From Raja brachyura (Eukaryota), in assembly GCA_963514005.1 (NCBI GenBank), contig OY740786.1, positions 66,340,001 to 66,404,000 of the forward strand: a stretch of DNA of 64,000 nt. Direction: 5' to 3'. Of this stretch, positions 37,960-51,485 are shown one piece after another. The notes beneath the pieces were generated by a model, which saw only the letters and a list, made by a program, of their open reading frames with translations, made no database searches and was not told where the DNA came from. Position 1 is the first letter of the stretch; every line of letters begins with the position of its first letter. Both the position numbers and the translations under genes were made by a program.

Positions 37960-38100
37960 CAAGGGAAGGACTACAATCCCAGGATGCTCAGAGTCGGTGC
38001 ACATTACGCAGTGCTGACCAATCTTTGGTGCTGACGGCGGGTTAACGTTTCAAAATGGCGGCAGATTTGAGAGTGGCCCGGGACGGTTGGGATTGTCCGT
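37960..38100 (+). promoter_or_regulatory. CENPJ promoter and probable non-coding first exon
   Basis: ZNF143-type ACTACAATCCCAGGATGC at 37970-37987; CCAAT at 38018-38022; reverse CHR TTCAAA at 38049-38054 overlapping YY1-type CAAAATGGCGGC at 38051-38062; CpG-rich; 1.8 kb upstream of the acceptor at 39871. Confidence 0.72.
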
Positions 38101-38439
38101 TAAACTGTTGCGCGTGCTAGCGGCAGGCGACGCTGCACAACAACTAAAGGAAACGATTTAATACTCGGATTGTCAGTTAGTCCTGGGTTAAACTGAACGA
38201 ATGCAGTCGTGCAAATTGAGGTTTGTTATTGGTGATTAAAGTGATGCGGGTTTTAATGTTGACGCGTACACTCGTTGATGGTAATCGGAAATATGTCAAA
38301 GAATGTTGGGGATACTGAGATCGACCACAGCACGGAACTTATTACTTTCAGCAAAACACCGTGCTAGAGGACCTAGTGCTGCTTTAATGCAAGGAGTATT
38401 GTGGGGAAATCAGATTAATTTAGAGACTATTATGTTGTG

Positions 38440-39725
38440 GCCATTGCGGACACGTAGTTGTGAGAGGGACATGACTGGTAGCTCTGGGGTTTTGATGTTT
38501 CAGAAATTAAAGAGAGGGTGACAAAATAGGCGGAGGAGTTTTGCTACTAAACAGAGCGACTGTCAATGTGGCACTCGGAGAGAACATAGGGAGCGTTTGT
38601 CCGTTGAGGCAATTATGGGTAGATCTTAGAAATAAGAAAGGTACACCACTGTAATGGGATTTGTACTACAGTCCGGCCGCCCAATAGGAAGAGGCATATG
38701 GCGGACCAGATATAGACAGTTTACTGAAAGTTGCTGAAGCTGCAGATTTGTTTTAGTGAATGACTTTAACTTCCACAGTTTATTGACTGGTTCTTGTTCA
38801 GTGCCAAAGACCTAGGCAGTTCAAAATTTGTGAGGTGTATCCAAAAGGGTTTCTTGAAACTGTATGTTGATAATCCAACCTGACTACACAGGACCTTGTG
38901 TTGGGAAATGAGCCTGACCACTTGACTGGTATTACTGTGGAAGAGCAGTTTGGGTGTGGTGATCACACCTCCATAAGGTTTATGCAATTGGACTGCAATC
39001 AGTAAGAATAAGTGGTAAAATATACCCCATGATAATTCTCAACACTGGTGCTCCACAAGGTTGTGTTGCCATGCCTTACTATACTTCCTTCACACACACA
39101 ATTGTGCAGCCAAATTCTGCACTAACTCCATCGACAAGATTGAAAATCGCCTCACTGATAGTGGGCTAGATTTCAAACAGTGATGAGATCGAGTACAGGC
39201 AGGGATAGAGCACCCAGTTATATGGTGTTAAGGCAGCAACCTCTCAATGTCAGCAAATCAAAGGAACTGGCCATTGACTTCAGGAAGTGGGTAGAGGATG
39301 CACCTCAGTCTGCAACAATGGTGCTGACGTGAAGACGGTCGAGAACGTCAAGTTTCTAAGTGTAAATAGCACTAACAACTTGACCTAGTCCAGCCACATT
39401 GATGTTACAGACTAGAAAACACAGTAATACCTCTACTTCCTCAAAAAAGTAAGAACATTTGGCTGTTCCCGAATGGCTCTTATCAATATCTACAGATGCT
39501 CCATTGAAAATATCCTATTGGGATACATCACAGCTTGGTATGACAATTGGTCTGTCCAAGACAGAGAAATTACAGAAAATTGTGTTTGCAGCCCCGTCCA
39601 CCTCACAAACATTCCTCCCTCTTTTCCCCCCCCCCCCCCCCAACCAGTGATCACGTTTACACTTAACATCAAAAACATAATCAAGGACCACTCACACTTC
39701 CATCAATCTCTTTTTTTCCCCCTTT
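38440..39725 (+). mobile_element. Old CR1 (to ~38990) and Rex1 (~39000-39725) fragments in CENPJ intron 1
   Basis: Degenerate DFNF.. endonuclease motif; LNTGAPQGC and YRCSIENILLGYITAWY motifs. Confidence 0.75.
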
Positions 39726-39951
39726 AGATGATTTGCGGTAAAATAATTAAACTTAGCAGTGCGAAGAAACATTCAAGGTACTTGCTGGAAAGTTTCAAAA
39801 TGGTTGAAGAAACTAGGTTTGGATTTGAATTGTGAATTTCAAAACTAATAACTTTTTTTTAACTTTGGCAGGTAATTATTTGTGCAAAATTGTGAAATGC
39901 TGGGTACTTCAAAGCAAGACCTGAAATTTTCTACGTGATCCAGATAATTTG

Positions 39952-40377
39952 ATGGAGACTTCTGAAATGTCTGTGATTATTAACAACCAGGGGCAAAACT
40001 TCTTAGCTGAATGGACAACGAATGCTACTCGTGCGGGAGTAATACTGAATCCTCCTCTTAGTTTCAATGATGTGTACACCTCCCCTCAGGAGTGCGGAAG
40101 TATAAATGACTCGTTCACTACTGAGTTTGCTCCACTACAATTCTCAAACAACAGTAGTTGCTTCAGCTTGGATTCTCTTTGTAATGAGCCTGTTTTGGCA
40201 GTATCCACGCAGAATGGAAATGAACAACATGTTTTTGATGGTGCATTGTCTTCAGATCCTTGCCCAAAAACAACACAGCATACAATTTCTCCTCAAAATG
40301 GTTTAATATCCTGTAACAATATGGCAGGGAAGTATGCTGATGTATCTAATAATGACCTCATGCAAAGACTTGAACAG
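39952..40377 (+). CDS. CENPJ: CPAP/SAS-4 first coding exon (exon starts ~39872 with 5' UTR)
   Basis: GQNFLAEWTTNATRAGVILN matches human CPAP [20 protein letters not shown]; ends RLEQ|gtctgt; 426 nt. Confidence 0.93.
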
Positions 40378-41344
40378 GTCTGTACATCGAAATCTACTTA
40401 ATCTTACTCTGTACATTGCTATAATTTACCAAACTATTGCTCAGCACCATAGGTGGCTGCTATTTGTATACATTGTGTATGCAAGCAAAGAATCTCACTG
40501 TGCCTAGGAACATGTGACAAAGTATTCCTATCCTATCCACAATGGTGAAAGATCAGAATTTAGTTGAGAAGTGAATTTCTATAATTCTCTCTAATTATAC
40601 CAAAAAACATTTATAATGATTCACAGAAAAAAAATTAAACTGTAACATATTTTCTGTGCAGTATTTTTGTTATAAAGTTTATGCAGCTCTCTTTCCTTTT
40701 CTTGCCTACTTTCTCCAGTTCCTTGCTCCCTTGCTTAAAGATCCTAATTCCCATTAATAGGTCTGGTTCAGCTCTGTCAAAAGTTGGTCCTTGGATTCAT
40801 CTTCAATCCGAACTCCAGAGCGAATAATCTCAACAAATGTTTCAATGGAGTACTGACCTGTTGTCTAAGGTGGTATTATTTTGCTGAGGCCCAACAAAGG
40901 CCCCATCTGATGTTCCAGTTTATTTAAAAGACTGCAGCACTATTAAAGGACAGGCTTACTAATCAACCAACACCCATACGATATAATATTGGAAATAAGA
41001 TCACTAGACCCAGAATTTCATTGTCCTATCTGGGACACATGATAATAAACTCGACAAGAATCTTGATATATCACTACTATAAATTGACCCAACTTAACAA
41101 CATTTGTATATCTGGAGAATGAACATTTCATATTTTCCAATTTTTATTTTTCTCTGTTTATTGCTCTTTAATTTTTTTTTCTTTTCTTTTTAGGTAGCTT
41201 TGTTTAATTTGATGATTGTCATGTACTGAATTTTACCTGGTTCATTATCAAACAATCAATACTTAAAAGTTAAGAGCAACAAATTACTTGTACGGCTTTA
41301 ACACTTTGGGTAATAATAATTAGATGCTAATTTTGTAATTAAAG

Positions 41345-41465
41345 TTGAGAGAGTGGCAACAGGAAAGGCAAGAGCAACTGAAGAAACAGCATCTACAGCA
41401 GCTCCAGCGATTGGTAAATGAACAGCAAACACTACTTGGTCTTATGGGTACCCAAGGATACACAG
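41345..41465 (+). CDS. CENPJ: CPAP coiled-coil exon (LREWQQERQEQLKKQHLQQLQRLVNEQQTLL...)
   Basis: Matches human [31 protein letters not shown]; acceptor aaag|, donor G|gtagca. Confidence 0.93.
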
Positions 41466-42352
41466 GTAGCAATAACTTTGCATCACATTAAAAGTAGATT
41501 TAGATGTGTTATCCTTAGTAAATCATATGATGATGGCAGTGTGATTATGAAATATGTTTGAAGTTGTGAAAGGGTGGCAGTGAATAATTGCTTTCAGGCT
41601 GGGGTAAGGATGCAGTGATATTTATAAAGGATTGATGTTAGGATTACTTTTCCTTAAAAACACGTTAATAATGAACTTTGTAATGAAATCATAAGCCACT
41701 CCTTATAAGGAGATAATCAAGAAAGTTATTAATTTATTTAAATTTGTTTAACATGACCAATGATTCCAGAAAGTATTCCTCAGTTTTAGGTGAAGAGATT
41801 GCAATGCAGTTTCAGTGAACTGTTCCTGAATATTTATATATTCCAGTTTTCAGTCACATTCCAAGTGGATTTAAAAAATCAAGAACTATTCCTGACTTTC
41901 TTAAAAATTTGAAACTACAACATGTATAATTCTTGTCCATTCAATATATAATTCAAATAACATGTCAAGTGGCAAAGTTTAAGATATCTTTTCCCTGATG
42001 GACCTTTGAGGAGCTGTTTTGAGATCAAGTGTCATATAGATGTCAAACTAATCACAAATTTTCAGTTCTTTTTCTCATTACCTGTTCTGATTTTTGAATT
42101 ACATGAACATGTGTTATCCCCTTGACTACCTATTTATTGCCTTGGCATAAGACACTTAAATCGTAGGTCTCAAAATGCAATCCTTCAAGATCACCAGTGT
42201 AGTGAATTATTTTCAGTCACATTAAGAGTGGATTCAAAAAGTAAAGGCAAAAAATGTTAAATTTAAAATGTGTTCACTGGTGCATTTACTAAACAGAATG
42301 TTAAAAAAAAAACTTGTATATATGTGGGCATCTTGCGCTTTTTATTTTCCAG

Positions 42353-42451
42353 AAACTTTAAGTAGCTTGGATGATATTGAAAACAAAATTCCATTAAAAG
42401 TCGTCCTGCAACAAGAAGCATACATGGCACAAGAGAATGCTTTCCCTGAAG
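42353..42451 (+). CDS. CENPJ: CPAP exon (ETLSSLDDIENKIPLKVVLQQEAYMAQENAFPE)
   Basis: Strong acceptor tttattttccag|, donor G|gtaagc; phase 1-1, open frame; sequence poorly conserved. Confidence 0.75.
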
Positions 42452-42867
42452 GTAAGCAAATATAGCATGCATTAACATTGAGGTTGGGCATAAATAACAT
42501 TTGCCCTAAGAAATGAATGTTGTCCTAAATCTTTAGAAATGAAGATGTATCTCTTTAGAGTTGAGGTATAAAAGTTTTGTATTTATATTATAGAACTGAA
42601 AATATCTGCAATATTCTTAATTATATCTACTCTTGAATCTAAGAATATTGCAGATTTAAAATTCATTATTTTATAAAATACTTTGACATTTGTAATACAA
42701 ATCCATATTTCTTGCATCCTTGGAATTCATTTCAGTTGACGCTCAGTTTCAGTTGGTTAATAAATGTTTCTAATTAAGTTAGCACTGTTTTCAGAGTATG
42801 TACATGGCTAAAAAAAATTAACGTGTTTAATCACAGGTATATGTAACCCTGTAATTTTTTTTTAAAG

Positions 42868-43033
42868 GTGAGATTGAAATTCACTGTGAAGAAAGTTCTG
42901 AATCAACATCTTCAAGCGAACCTTTTAATATACATCAGAGTAATAAGGATTCTAAAAGTGGAACATCAGTTCAAAGCCAATCTGAAAAAGCTTATTTTGA
43001 TGATCCGCCATCCTTTAACTCTCTAGAAGAAAG
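42868..43033 (+). CDS. CENPJ: CPAP exon ending ...NSLEER
   Basis: Acceptor ttttaaag|, donor AG|gtaaat; phase 1-2; splicing gives EERPIK as in human CPAP. Confidence 0.87.
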
Positions 43034-43277
43034 GTAAATAAACAGCTAGGAGAACACATCAAGTTTCAAATGAAAGTCTATTTTGTTATACTAATAAACT
43101 TGACCCAAGGCTTAATTTGCCACGTCATTAAAAAATAATAAGGTAGTTGTGCATATTTGGTGCAGTGTAATTAAATTATTTTCAGTATTGTATAAACAGA
43201 CATTTGAATTAGCAGATTATGAATCTTTCTATTTTTGGAAATACAACAGTTCTACAGATATTATCTCTCCCTGATAG

Positions 43278-43395
43278 ACCAATCAAGCCTGGAGTCAGTG
43301 GAGGAAAAAAAACTTTTGAAGAGTTCCTGGAGAAGCAGATGAAAATGGAAGAACAGAGACTGCAACAACAGCAACTTGAACTGAAGCAATTACCG
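43278..43395 (+). CDS. CENPJ: CPAP PN2-3 tubulin-binding region, first part (RPIKPGVSGGKKTFEEFLEKQMKMEEQ)
   Basis: Matches human [27 protein letters not shown]; acceptor gatag|, donor CCG|gtttgt. Confidence 0.92.
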
Positions 43396-45398
43396 GTTTG
43401 TGTTTGGAACAGTAAATCTAGCCTTCTCAAAATCGGATGTACAATTGACGATTTAATGTCGCAGCAACAACAGATAAATATTATACCTCAGAGGTGTATT
43501 CTACTGAATGATCAGAATTCAACAAATGGTATTGGTAAAGAACATCACTTAATGATGTGCTTTACTGTATTGTACTGTAAATTAAGGGCATTAACTTGGG
43601 AAACAATTTAAAGAATTAAAGAAACAGATGCCATAGCAACTTCTCAATAATAGTGGAGTAACTTCCTGAGAAAATGACAGAGCATGGTTACATGTAACTG
43701 ATTACTCCGCTTGATTGACTGAGCACAATTGCTTTCATTCAACTTTGCTTTGTTACCATATGAAGCCTTAAACTCAAAATGTTGGGAAACTCATATGTGC
43801 CTCTTTGCTATATGATTGACTCCTTCTGAATCAGACATTCTTCATTAAAAAAGACACCAAGTGCTGGAGTAACTCAGCGGGACAGGCAGAATCTCTGGAG
43901 AACATGGATAGGTGGTGTTTCGGGTCGGGACTCTTCTTCAGCCCGTTTGAAAGTGGGGGGGAGAGGAGGAAGAAAAACTGGAAGAGAGGAGAGCAGGCCT
44001 GGCAAGTAATAGGTTGATACAGGGGTGGGGGGGCTTCTGCAGCAGATAATGAAGAAAAGCCAGAGATAAAATGATTGAATAGTTGTTGAATTGTGAAGAT
44101 AGAGGAAGAGATATGGGGGGGAGGAGTGATGGGGGGGGGGGGGGGGTTTCCAGACGGTGATGTTTATTGGAAGCCTATTTAATGTTGTAATGTAATGTTA
44201 ATCAGGGTGGGTTTTGTTATTTTTGCTGCAGCTTATTAAAAAGTTTCACAAATCATAGATTATTTTGAAATCATTGCATAGGCAACCGCAAGTAGCAGAG
44301 AAGAAACACAAAACTAATCTTGTTAACATTCATTTAAGAGGAATGATTGCCAGGAAGCTGGGAGAGTTTATTGAGGAAAACTGGAAGAGAGCAGGCCTGG
44401 CAAGTAATAGGTTGATACAGGGGTGGGGGGGCTTCTGCAGCAGATAATGAAGAAAGGCCAGAGATAAAATTTATTGAGGAACTGGGACACTGCTGTTGAT
44501 ATCTTTCCTGCCTGTCTTTAAACAGAGAGCATACCAGTTTTGGTTGAAATCCAAAAAGTACTGTTAAGTTAACATGTACGGAGATATGTTGTTCTGTGGG
44601 CTGGACAGTTACTGCCATTCTAAAATAATGTGGAGGAAGAGAAAAAGTTTAAAAAAAATTTAACGATGCCTATACAAATAATATGGATATTTCTTTTCGG
44701 GGGGGGAGAGGTTGTGGTTTAACTGCAGCATGTTTAGATTGCACAATATAATTGTAGCAGAGAATAATGGTGCATTACAAATCTGCACATTTCTGGATAA
44801 TTTGTGCTACTCTCCTGTTAACTTTATTACATTTTGATGTTAATTTCTTCATAGATTATAGGAATTTAAAATAAATTTCTGCTGTAGAAAGTTATGTCTA
44901 ATATTTAAAGCCTTGGAATGCTTTTAATAACTAGATTTAGTTTATTGTATTGCTAATTAACCTTTTTACTCCTAAAATATTGTATCTGAAAAATGTCAAA
45001 TTACATTCTTGCAGGAAGTACATTGTACATTAAAAATACAAGGTATAACTTATTTCTTTTCCTTTAACTCGAGTTCTTAATCCAATTTTTCAATCCCTTT
45101 TTAGTTTTTCTCTCTATCCAATTTGATTCTGGTCCAAAAATGGAAAATGTCTAAAATACGCTGCTCAGGCAATCTGTGGTGAGCAAGGAATGTTTCAGAG
45201 CCAAAATGTTTATGATTAAAATTATCGATGTTAAGTGCTAATTCTATTTTTCTTTTCACTGGTGCTGCCTGAACTGCTGAGTATCTCCAGCATTTTATTT
45301 ATTTTTAAAATTTCAGAATCTGCAGTAAATCTGCACTGTTTCCTTAAGTAGTTATTAAGTTCTTAATCATAGTTGTCTGATATGTCTTGTTATTATAG

Positions 45399-47028
45399 TT
45401 ACTTCCAGAATTCTCTGAGGATAAAGGCAACAAAAATAAGTTTCTGAAGCGCGGTGAAGGACTAGCAAGATTTTCAAAAATCAAGTCGCGTAATCTAGCA
45501 ACTATCAAACCCGATAGGGAAGATAACCTAACCGACCAGGATTCTGTAAGTTTAAAGAAGCCAACTTGTCAACCGATGCTGAGGAAATTGACACTTTTAA
45601 ACAAGGAAAGACATAATACTGTCTCAACCAGGATTGGCGACAAACCAAAGGCATTTGGAAAAGGAAAGAACTACTCTGCACTGTGCATTAAAAAAGTAGC
45701 TGTCTCAGGAAATTGTAATGAAGATGATGTCTTCCAGCCACCTCTGCAGGCAGAGGAAATAATACATGCATCCGAAGTTCATGTTCAAAATGTCTATCAA
45801 ACGGGTTGTATAAATGTGGTTCAGGAGTATGAACAAATAAAGACAAAACAAATTGGACAAGACAGTAAATCTCTGCAAAAACTAACATCAGTGCATGAAG
45901 CTGAGAGATTGCAAAAAAGTGCAGAAAATATACTTCCCACTTGCCCAAATGAAAGAGCAAAAAATGGAGTTGAGAATTCATTTGAGAGATCATTTCAGAA
46001 AAAGATGAAGAACTGGAACAAGGACAATGAGAAAGAAATCGTTGAATTGAATGAGTTTGAGTTTTTGGAGCAGGCAGCTGAAGAACTTTCCTTCTCCAGT
46101 AATTCCTCTTTTGTGCTAAAAATGGTACACAATGATTGGCAATACAACAAAGATCGCAGGTTGTCCTCCACCCCAATAAAATCTGTTCAACATCATAAAA
46201 TGCTTGAAAGTCCATGTGATACAACGCACACCAGAAAGCTGGCTGATAGGGATAAGGAAAATGTTAAAAGTAATTGTGTGGTATTAGAGACAAAGTGCAA
46301 AAGTATTTTTGATCCACCAGTCAGCAATGAAGCAGTGATTCAAAATGTTGAAAATGATTCCCAAGAATATCGGTATGCTATTTGTGATACCACTTCAGAT
46401 TCGGAGGGAGATCTTGATTGTACACTGACAAATGACAATAAAACACGGGTGCAGTCAGTGATCTGCAGTAGTGACAAAGAAGATGATCCTAAATCTGTGT
46501 GTGGAAGACAACCAACGGACAGTTTCAACAAAGACAAGAATATGGACACAGATCTTGACCTGTCATCTGATGATAGTGACGATGATGTTGAAATGTTGAC
46601 TGTGATAGAAAAAGATAAACTTGGGTTGAGCCAGAAAGCAGATTCCTCTCTCTTTTATACTGAAAGCAAAAGCAGCACATCTTTGCATCAAGAAAAGGTT
46701 GAGTTTGATGATGACCAAACATGGACTGACCAAGATGAAACTGAATTAATTAAGGTTGAAGATAGCTCAGCAGTGCCTGTCCATACTTCTGTATTAGTAA
46801 CTCAAAGTATCTCTTCCAGTAAAGTTACTGAGGACAAAGTTATGAGAAGAAAAATTGCTTCTGCTAAAAAGGAGATTGAGTGTGAAAATTATTTGAACAA
46901 ATTTGAAGAATCCCCTCCTACATCGGATCTAATCACAAGATTATTTCCTTCACTGAAACCCAAGTCAAAGCCTGAGTCTCTTCAAGGGCTGGAACAGAAA
47001 TCTAAAATCGTGAATGACAAACCATCAG
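45399..47028 (+). CDS. CENPJ: CPAP large central exon
   Basis: FLKRGEGLARF, ELNEFEFLEQAAEELSFSSNSSFV, RRLSSTPIK, EFDDDQTW and PPTSDLITRLFPSLKPK are CPAP motifs; contains ORF 45576..47072; acceptor ttatag|, donor G|gtatag. Confidence 0.95.
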
Positions 47029-47952
47029 GTATAGTTCACATCATTTTTCATTTTGATATAAAAGTAATTTAGCATCTTTCAGGCATCTCAGATCGAGGGA
47101 AGAAAAATAATTTCCAAACAGCCGCTGGTTTTAAATGTAACATCTCCAATACCTTTTTGGTATGTTAAAAAAAATCTTTTTTTGTCTTGAACTTTATATG
47201 TACTAATTTAGGATGTGGTCAGTCCATCAATGGTGGTATAGAGTAGGATGGAACGGAAATTTAAAGCTGTGAAGATAAATCATTAACTTCAAATCGATTG
47301 TAAATTAAAAAGGCTTCACCAGAAATTGAACTTTGCCTTTTCTCTATTGATTGGTTGCAGTTCCTTTGATCTTATTTCCCAACAAGCCAGCCATACAGCA
47401 TGAAAACGGGCAAATTATGTCCACACCAACCAATGGGCATTCATCAGCATTAATCTTGCCTACCGGCTCTTGGACCATAGCCATCTATACCTCGGCGATT
47501 TTTTAAAGTACGCATCTAGTTACTTTATACATGCTGCAGTACACTTTTCCCCATATGAGGGGTGAATAAAACTAGAGGACATAGATTTAGGTTAATGCTA
47601 ATAAAAACCTAGGGGGTCCATTCTCACCCGAGAATGTCGATTGTCTAGAATGCACTGCCAGAGAGTGTGGTAGGAGCACAGTAATCTCACCCCTCATTTG
47701 GGGAAAAGGTTAGAAAACGTCCAACGGAACGCGGCAGAAATAGATACATAAAGAGCAGCCAGTTATGAACTTGGTATCGCCCAACTTAATTGCATTGAGT
47801 TGCTGTGTGTGTCTGAGTAATTGAAAAGAAGCTGAACCTTCAGGATATTTGGAAATCAGGTCGAGACATACTCTGTATTAAAGTGCATTGTTGACAAGTA
47901 GTAAGTGGTCTGTCATCCACCATGACTTTAGGCTTTCAAACTAAAATACATA

Positions 47953-49940
47953 CAGTGCCCTCCATGATGTTTGGAACAAAGACCCATCATTTATTTATTT
48001 GTGTTTGTACTCCACAATTTGAGATTTGTAATAGGAAAAAATCACATGTGGTTAAAGTGCACATTGTCAAATTTCAATAAAGGTCATTTTTATACATTTT
48101 GGTTTAACCATGTAGAAATTCCAGCAGTGTTTATACGCAATCCCCCCATTTCAGGCACCATAATGTTTGGGACACAGCAATGTAATGTGAATGAAAATAG
48201 TCTTGTTTAGTATTTTGTTGCATATCCTTTGCATGCAATGAGTGCTTGAAGTCTGCGATTCATGGACATCATCATTTGCTGGGTGTCTTCTCTGGTGATG
48301 CGCTGCCAGGCCTGTATTGCAGCCATCTTTAGCTTAGGTTTGTTTTGGGCGCTAGTCCCCTTCAGTTTTCCCTTCAGCATATAAAAGGCATGCTCAATTG
48401 GGTTCAGATTGGGTGATTGACTTGGCCACTCAAGAATTAACCATTTTTTAGCTTTGCCAAACTCCTTTGTTGCTTTAACAGTATGTTTGGGATCATTGTC
48501 TTGCTGTAGAATGAACCGCCGGACAATGTGTTTTCAGGCATTTATTTGAACTTGAGCAGATAGGATGTGTCTATACACTTCAGAATTCATTATGCTACTA
48601 CCATCAGCAAGAGTCAAGTCAAGAGAGTTTATTGTCATGTGTCCCAGAAAGGACAATGAAAGTTGTATCATCAATGAAGATAAGCAGTTGTATCATAAAT
48701 GAAGATAAGTGAGCCAGTACCTTAGGCAGCCATACATGCCCAGGCCATAATATCCCCACCACCGTGTTTCACAGATGAGGTGGTATGCTTTTGATCTTGG
48801 GCAGTTCCTTCTCTCTTCCATACTTTGCTCTTGCCATCACTCTGATATGTTAATTTTTGTCTCATCTGTCCACAACACCTTTTTCCAGCTTTGTGGTTGC
48901 TCTTTTAAGTACTTCTTGGCAAACTGTAACCTGGCCATCCTATTTTTGGTGCTAACCAGTGGTTTGCATCTTGCAGTGTAGCTTCTGAATGTATTTCTGT
49001 TCATGAAGTCTTCTGTGGACAGTGGTCGTTGACAAATCCACACCTGGCTCCTGAAGAGTGTTTCTGATCTGTTGGAGTCAAAGTCAAACTTTATTGTCAT
49101 TCAGAAATACATCGATATATGCAGTTTCAAACAAAATTCCGTTGCATTTGGCTCCCTGTGCAACACGATAATTAACAGAAGGATAAACATGGATAAAATG
49201 GATAAAAATAATAAAAGGATAAATAGACAATGGTGGCAGCCCATTACATGGCATTCAGGAATCTGATGGCTCGTGGGAAGAAGCTGTTGCAGAACCTTGA
49301 TGTTCTGCTCCTTATGCTACGATATCTTTTGCCCGATGGCAGCAGAGTGAACAGTCCGTGATGGAGATGTGTGGGGTCTTTTATAATACTGCTGGACTTA
49401 GATACACAACGTTTGGTCGCAATATCCCCAATGATTTTTTCCACTGTCCTCAGCACTCTCTGCACAGACTTCCAGTCAGAGGCTTTACAGTCCCCAAACC
49501 AGACAGAGATACAGCTGGTCAAAATACTCTGTATGGTGCCCCTGAATGGACAGGTGTTTGTGGATTTTTCTTTATTATAGAGAGAATTATTCTGTCATCA
49601 GCTGTGGAGGTCTTCCTTGGCCTGCCAGTCCCTTTGCGATTAATAAGTTCACCAGTGCTCTCTTCTTAATGATGTTCCAAACATTTGATTTTGTTAAGCC
49701 AAAGGTTTGGCTGTTTTATTCCTGTTTCTCAGTCTCATAATGGCTTCTTTGACTTACATTGGCACAAATTTGGTCCGCATGTTGAAAAACAGCAATAAAA
49801 GTTTTCAAAGGTGATGGAAAGACTGGAGGAAAGACTAGGTGCTGAGAGCTCTCTTATACCTGCATTAAGGAGGCAGTTAAATACACCTGAGCAATTACAA
49901 TTACCTCTGAAGACATGTGTCCCAAACATTATGGTGCCCA
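47953..49940 (-). mobile_element. Second Tc1 IR-DR copy, right TIR truncated, with nested Rex1 fragment (49075-49545, minus)
   Basis: TA-CAGTGCCCTCCATGATG; transposase ARCKPLVSTKNRMARLQFAKK...VLWTDETKIN on the minus strand; same family as 14401-18546. Confidence 0.92.
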
Positions 49941-50269
49941 GAAAGTGGAACTGGAAAAACTGGTTCAAGTTCTAGCATCAAAGGTTAGATAGACTACATG
50001 CAGGGATATCTTCCCTAGCTGGGAAAGCTTCAACTAGGAGTTCAACCATTCAAGACAGAGGTGGATAATTTCTTCACCTCTTGAGTTCCTTAACCAAGAG
50101 GTGCAGTTTCTTACTACATTCAAAATTAATAAGACTTTTGAATATAAAGGGTTGCGAGAGTTAGGGTTGATATATAAAAGAGGATCTGAGGTTAAAAATC
50201 AGCCAATTGAATGACAGGGCAGACATAATGGGTTGGAAGGCCTGTTACTTGTTTATGTTGTTCTATTCC

Positions 50270-50785
50270 ATTACTGGTATCAAAGGGAAGACGCCAGCAT
50301 GGATAGCAGGTTGGCTGGATGGCAGAAGAGGCGCTGGAGAGGGTCCAGAGGAGGTTTACAAGAATGAACCCAGGATTGAATGAGTTAATATATGATGAAT
50401 GTTTGACGGCATTGAGCCTCTACTTGCTGTAGTTTAGAAGGATGAAGGGACCCCTAACCTCATTGAAACTTACTGAATAGTGAAAGCCCTGGATAGAGTG
50501 AATGTGGAGAGGATGTTTACACTAGTGGGAGAATCTAGGACCAGAGGTCATAGCCTAATTAAAGGACGAAAGGAAATGAGGACAGAAGGCTGTGGAGGCC
50601 AAGTCAATGGATATTTTTAAGACACATAGATAGATTCTCGATTAGTATGGGTGTCAGGGGTTATGGGGAGATGGCAGGAGAATGGAGTTGGGAGGAAGAG
50701 ATAGATCAGCCATGATTGAATGGCAGAGTAGATGATGGGCCAATGGCCTAATTCTGCTCCTATCAATTATGAACTTATGTATGTT
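50270..50785 (+). mobile_element. CR1 LINE 3' fragment
   Basis: LERVQRRFTRM motif and CR1-type 3' UTR. Confidence 0.8.
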
Positions 50786-50895
50786 ATACAGGGAGAGTTC
50801 AACATCAAAATAAAGGATCCCATTTGCCTTTTGAGTCAGCACGTAATTCTTAGCCAGAGATAACAGCTGGGATTTGCACATCTCTTTTGCACTTA

Positions 50896-51485
50896 TGGGC
50901 CTGTCCTACAGGCAATTTTTTTTCAGAGACTGCCGTAGTCGTAGCAGGTCGTCGAAGAAACGGCGACTAGACCCCCCTTCCCCCCCCCCCCCCCACGACA
51001 ATGTCTACAACAATGTCTACAACAACCTACCACCTAGTCGACGTCAAGGTAAGGCAAGCTACCGACAACCATCGACCCATTAAGACGTCCACCTACGACC
51101 ATACCTACGACAACCTATGTCAACCCGTGACAAACTACAACAAGGTACGACACTGTCGGTGACAACTTAAGACAATTCAGTCGCCGGTACCTGTCGCCGG
51201 TTGACATAGGTAGTCGCCAATGGAATACACAGAAGTCAGCACCGGTGACAACCTACTTCACCTGGCGACAACCTACATCATCCTGGCGACAACCTACGAC
51301 AACACCTACGTCAGGAGAAGTCAAGCTATGCTCATTGGCGTCAAGCCAACTGTAGCCGAAAAGTTTTGAACATTTCAAAATCCAGCGGAGACCAGACTTT
51401 GATTCTTCTGCGACCTAGGAGACTACTCACGACCATACAGGCGACACCCCGGCGACAGCCTAGTCGCCCAAGTGGGACAGGCCCA
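50896..51485. mobile_element. PIF/Harbinger-type MITE with internal (GACAACCTAC)-like repeats
   Basis: TGGGCCTGTCC...GGGACAGGCCCA with TTA duplicated on both sides. Confidence 0.82.

Noticed and set aside
38055-38090. ATGGCGGCA in the CENPJ promoter as the start codon
   Set aside because: With the most plausible donor it meets a stop in the next exon before 39952; the conserved CPAP N-terminus follows the ATG at 39952; better read as a YY1 motif or uORF
43975-44470. ~95-bp duplication (43975-44070 and 44377-44470)
   Set aside because: Local copy of a Penelope pseudo-LTR fragment with no functional features
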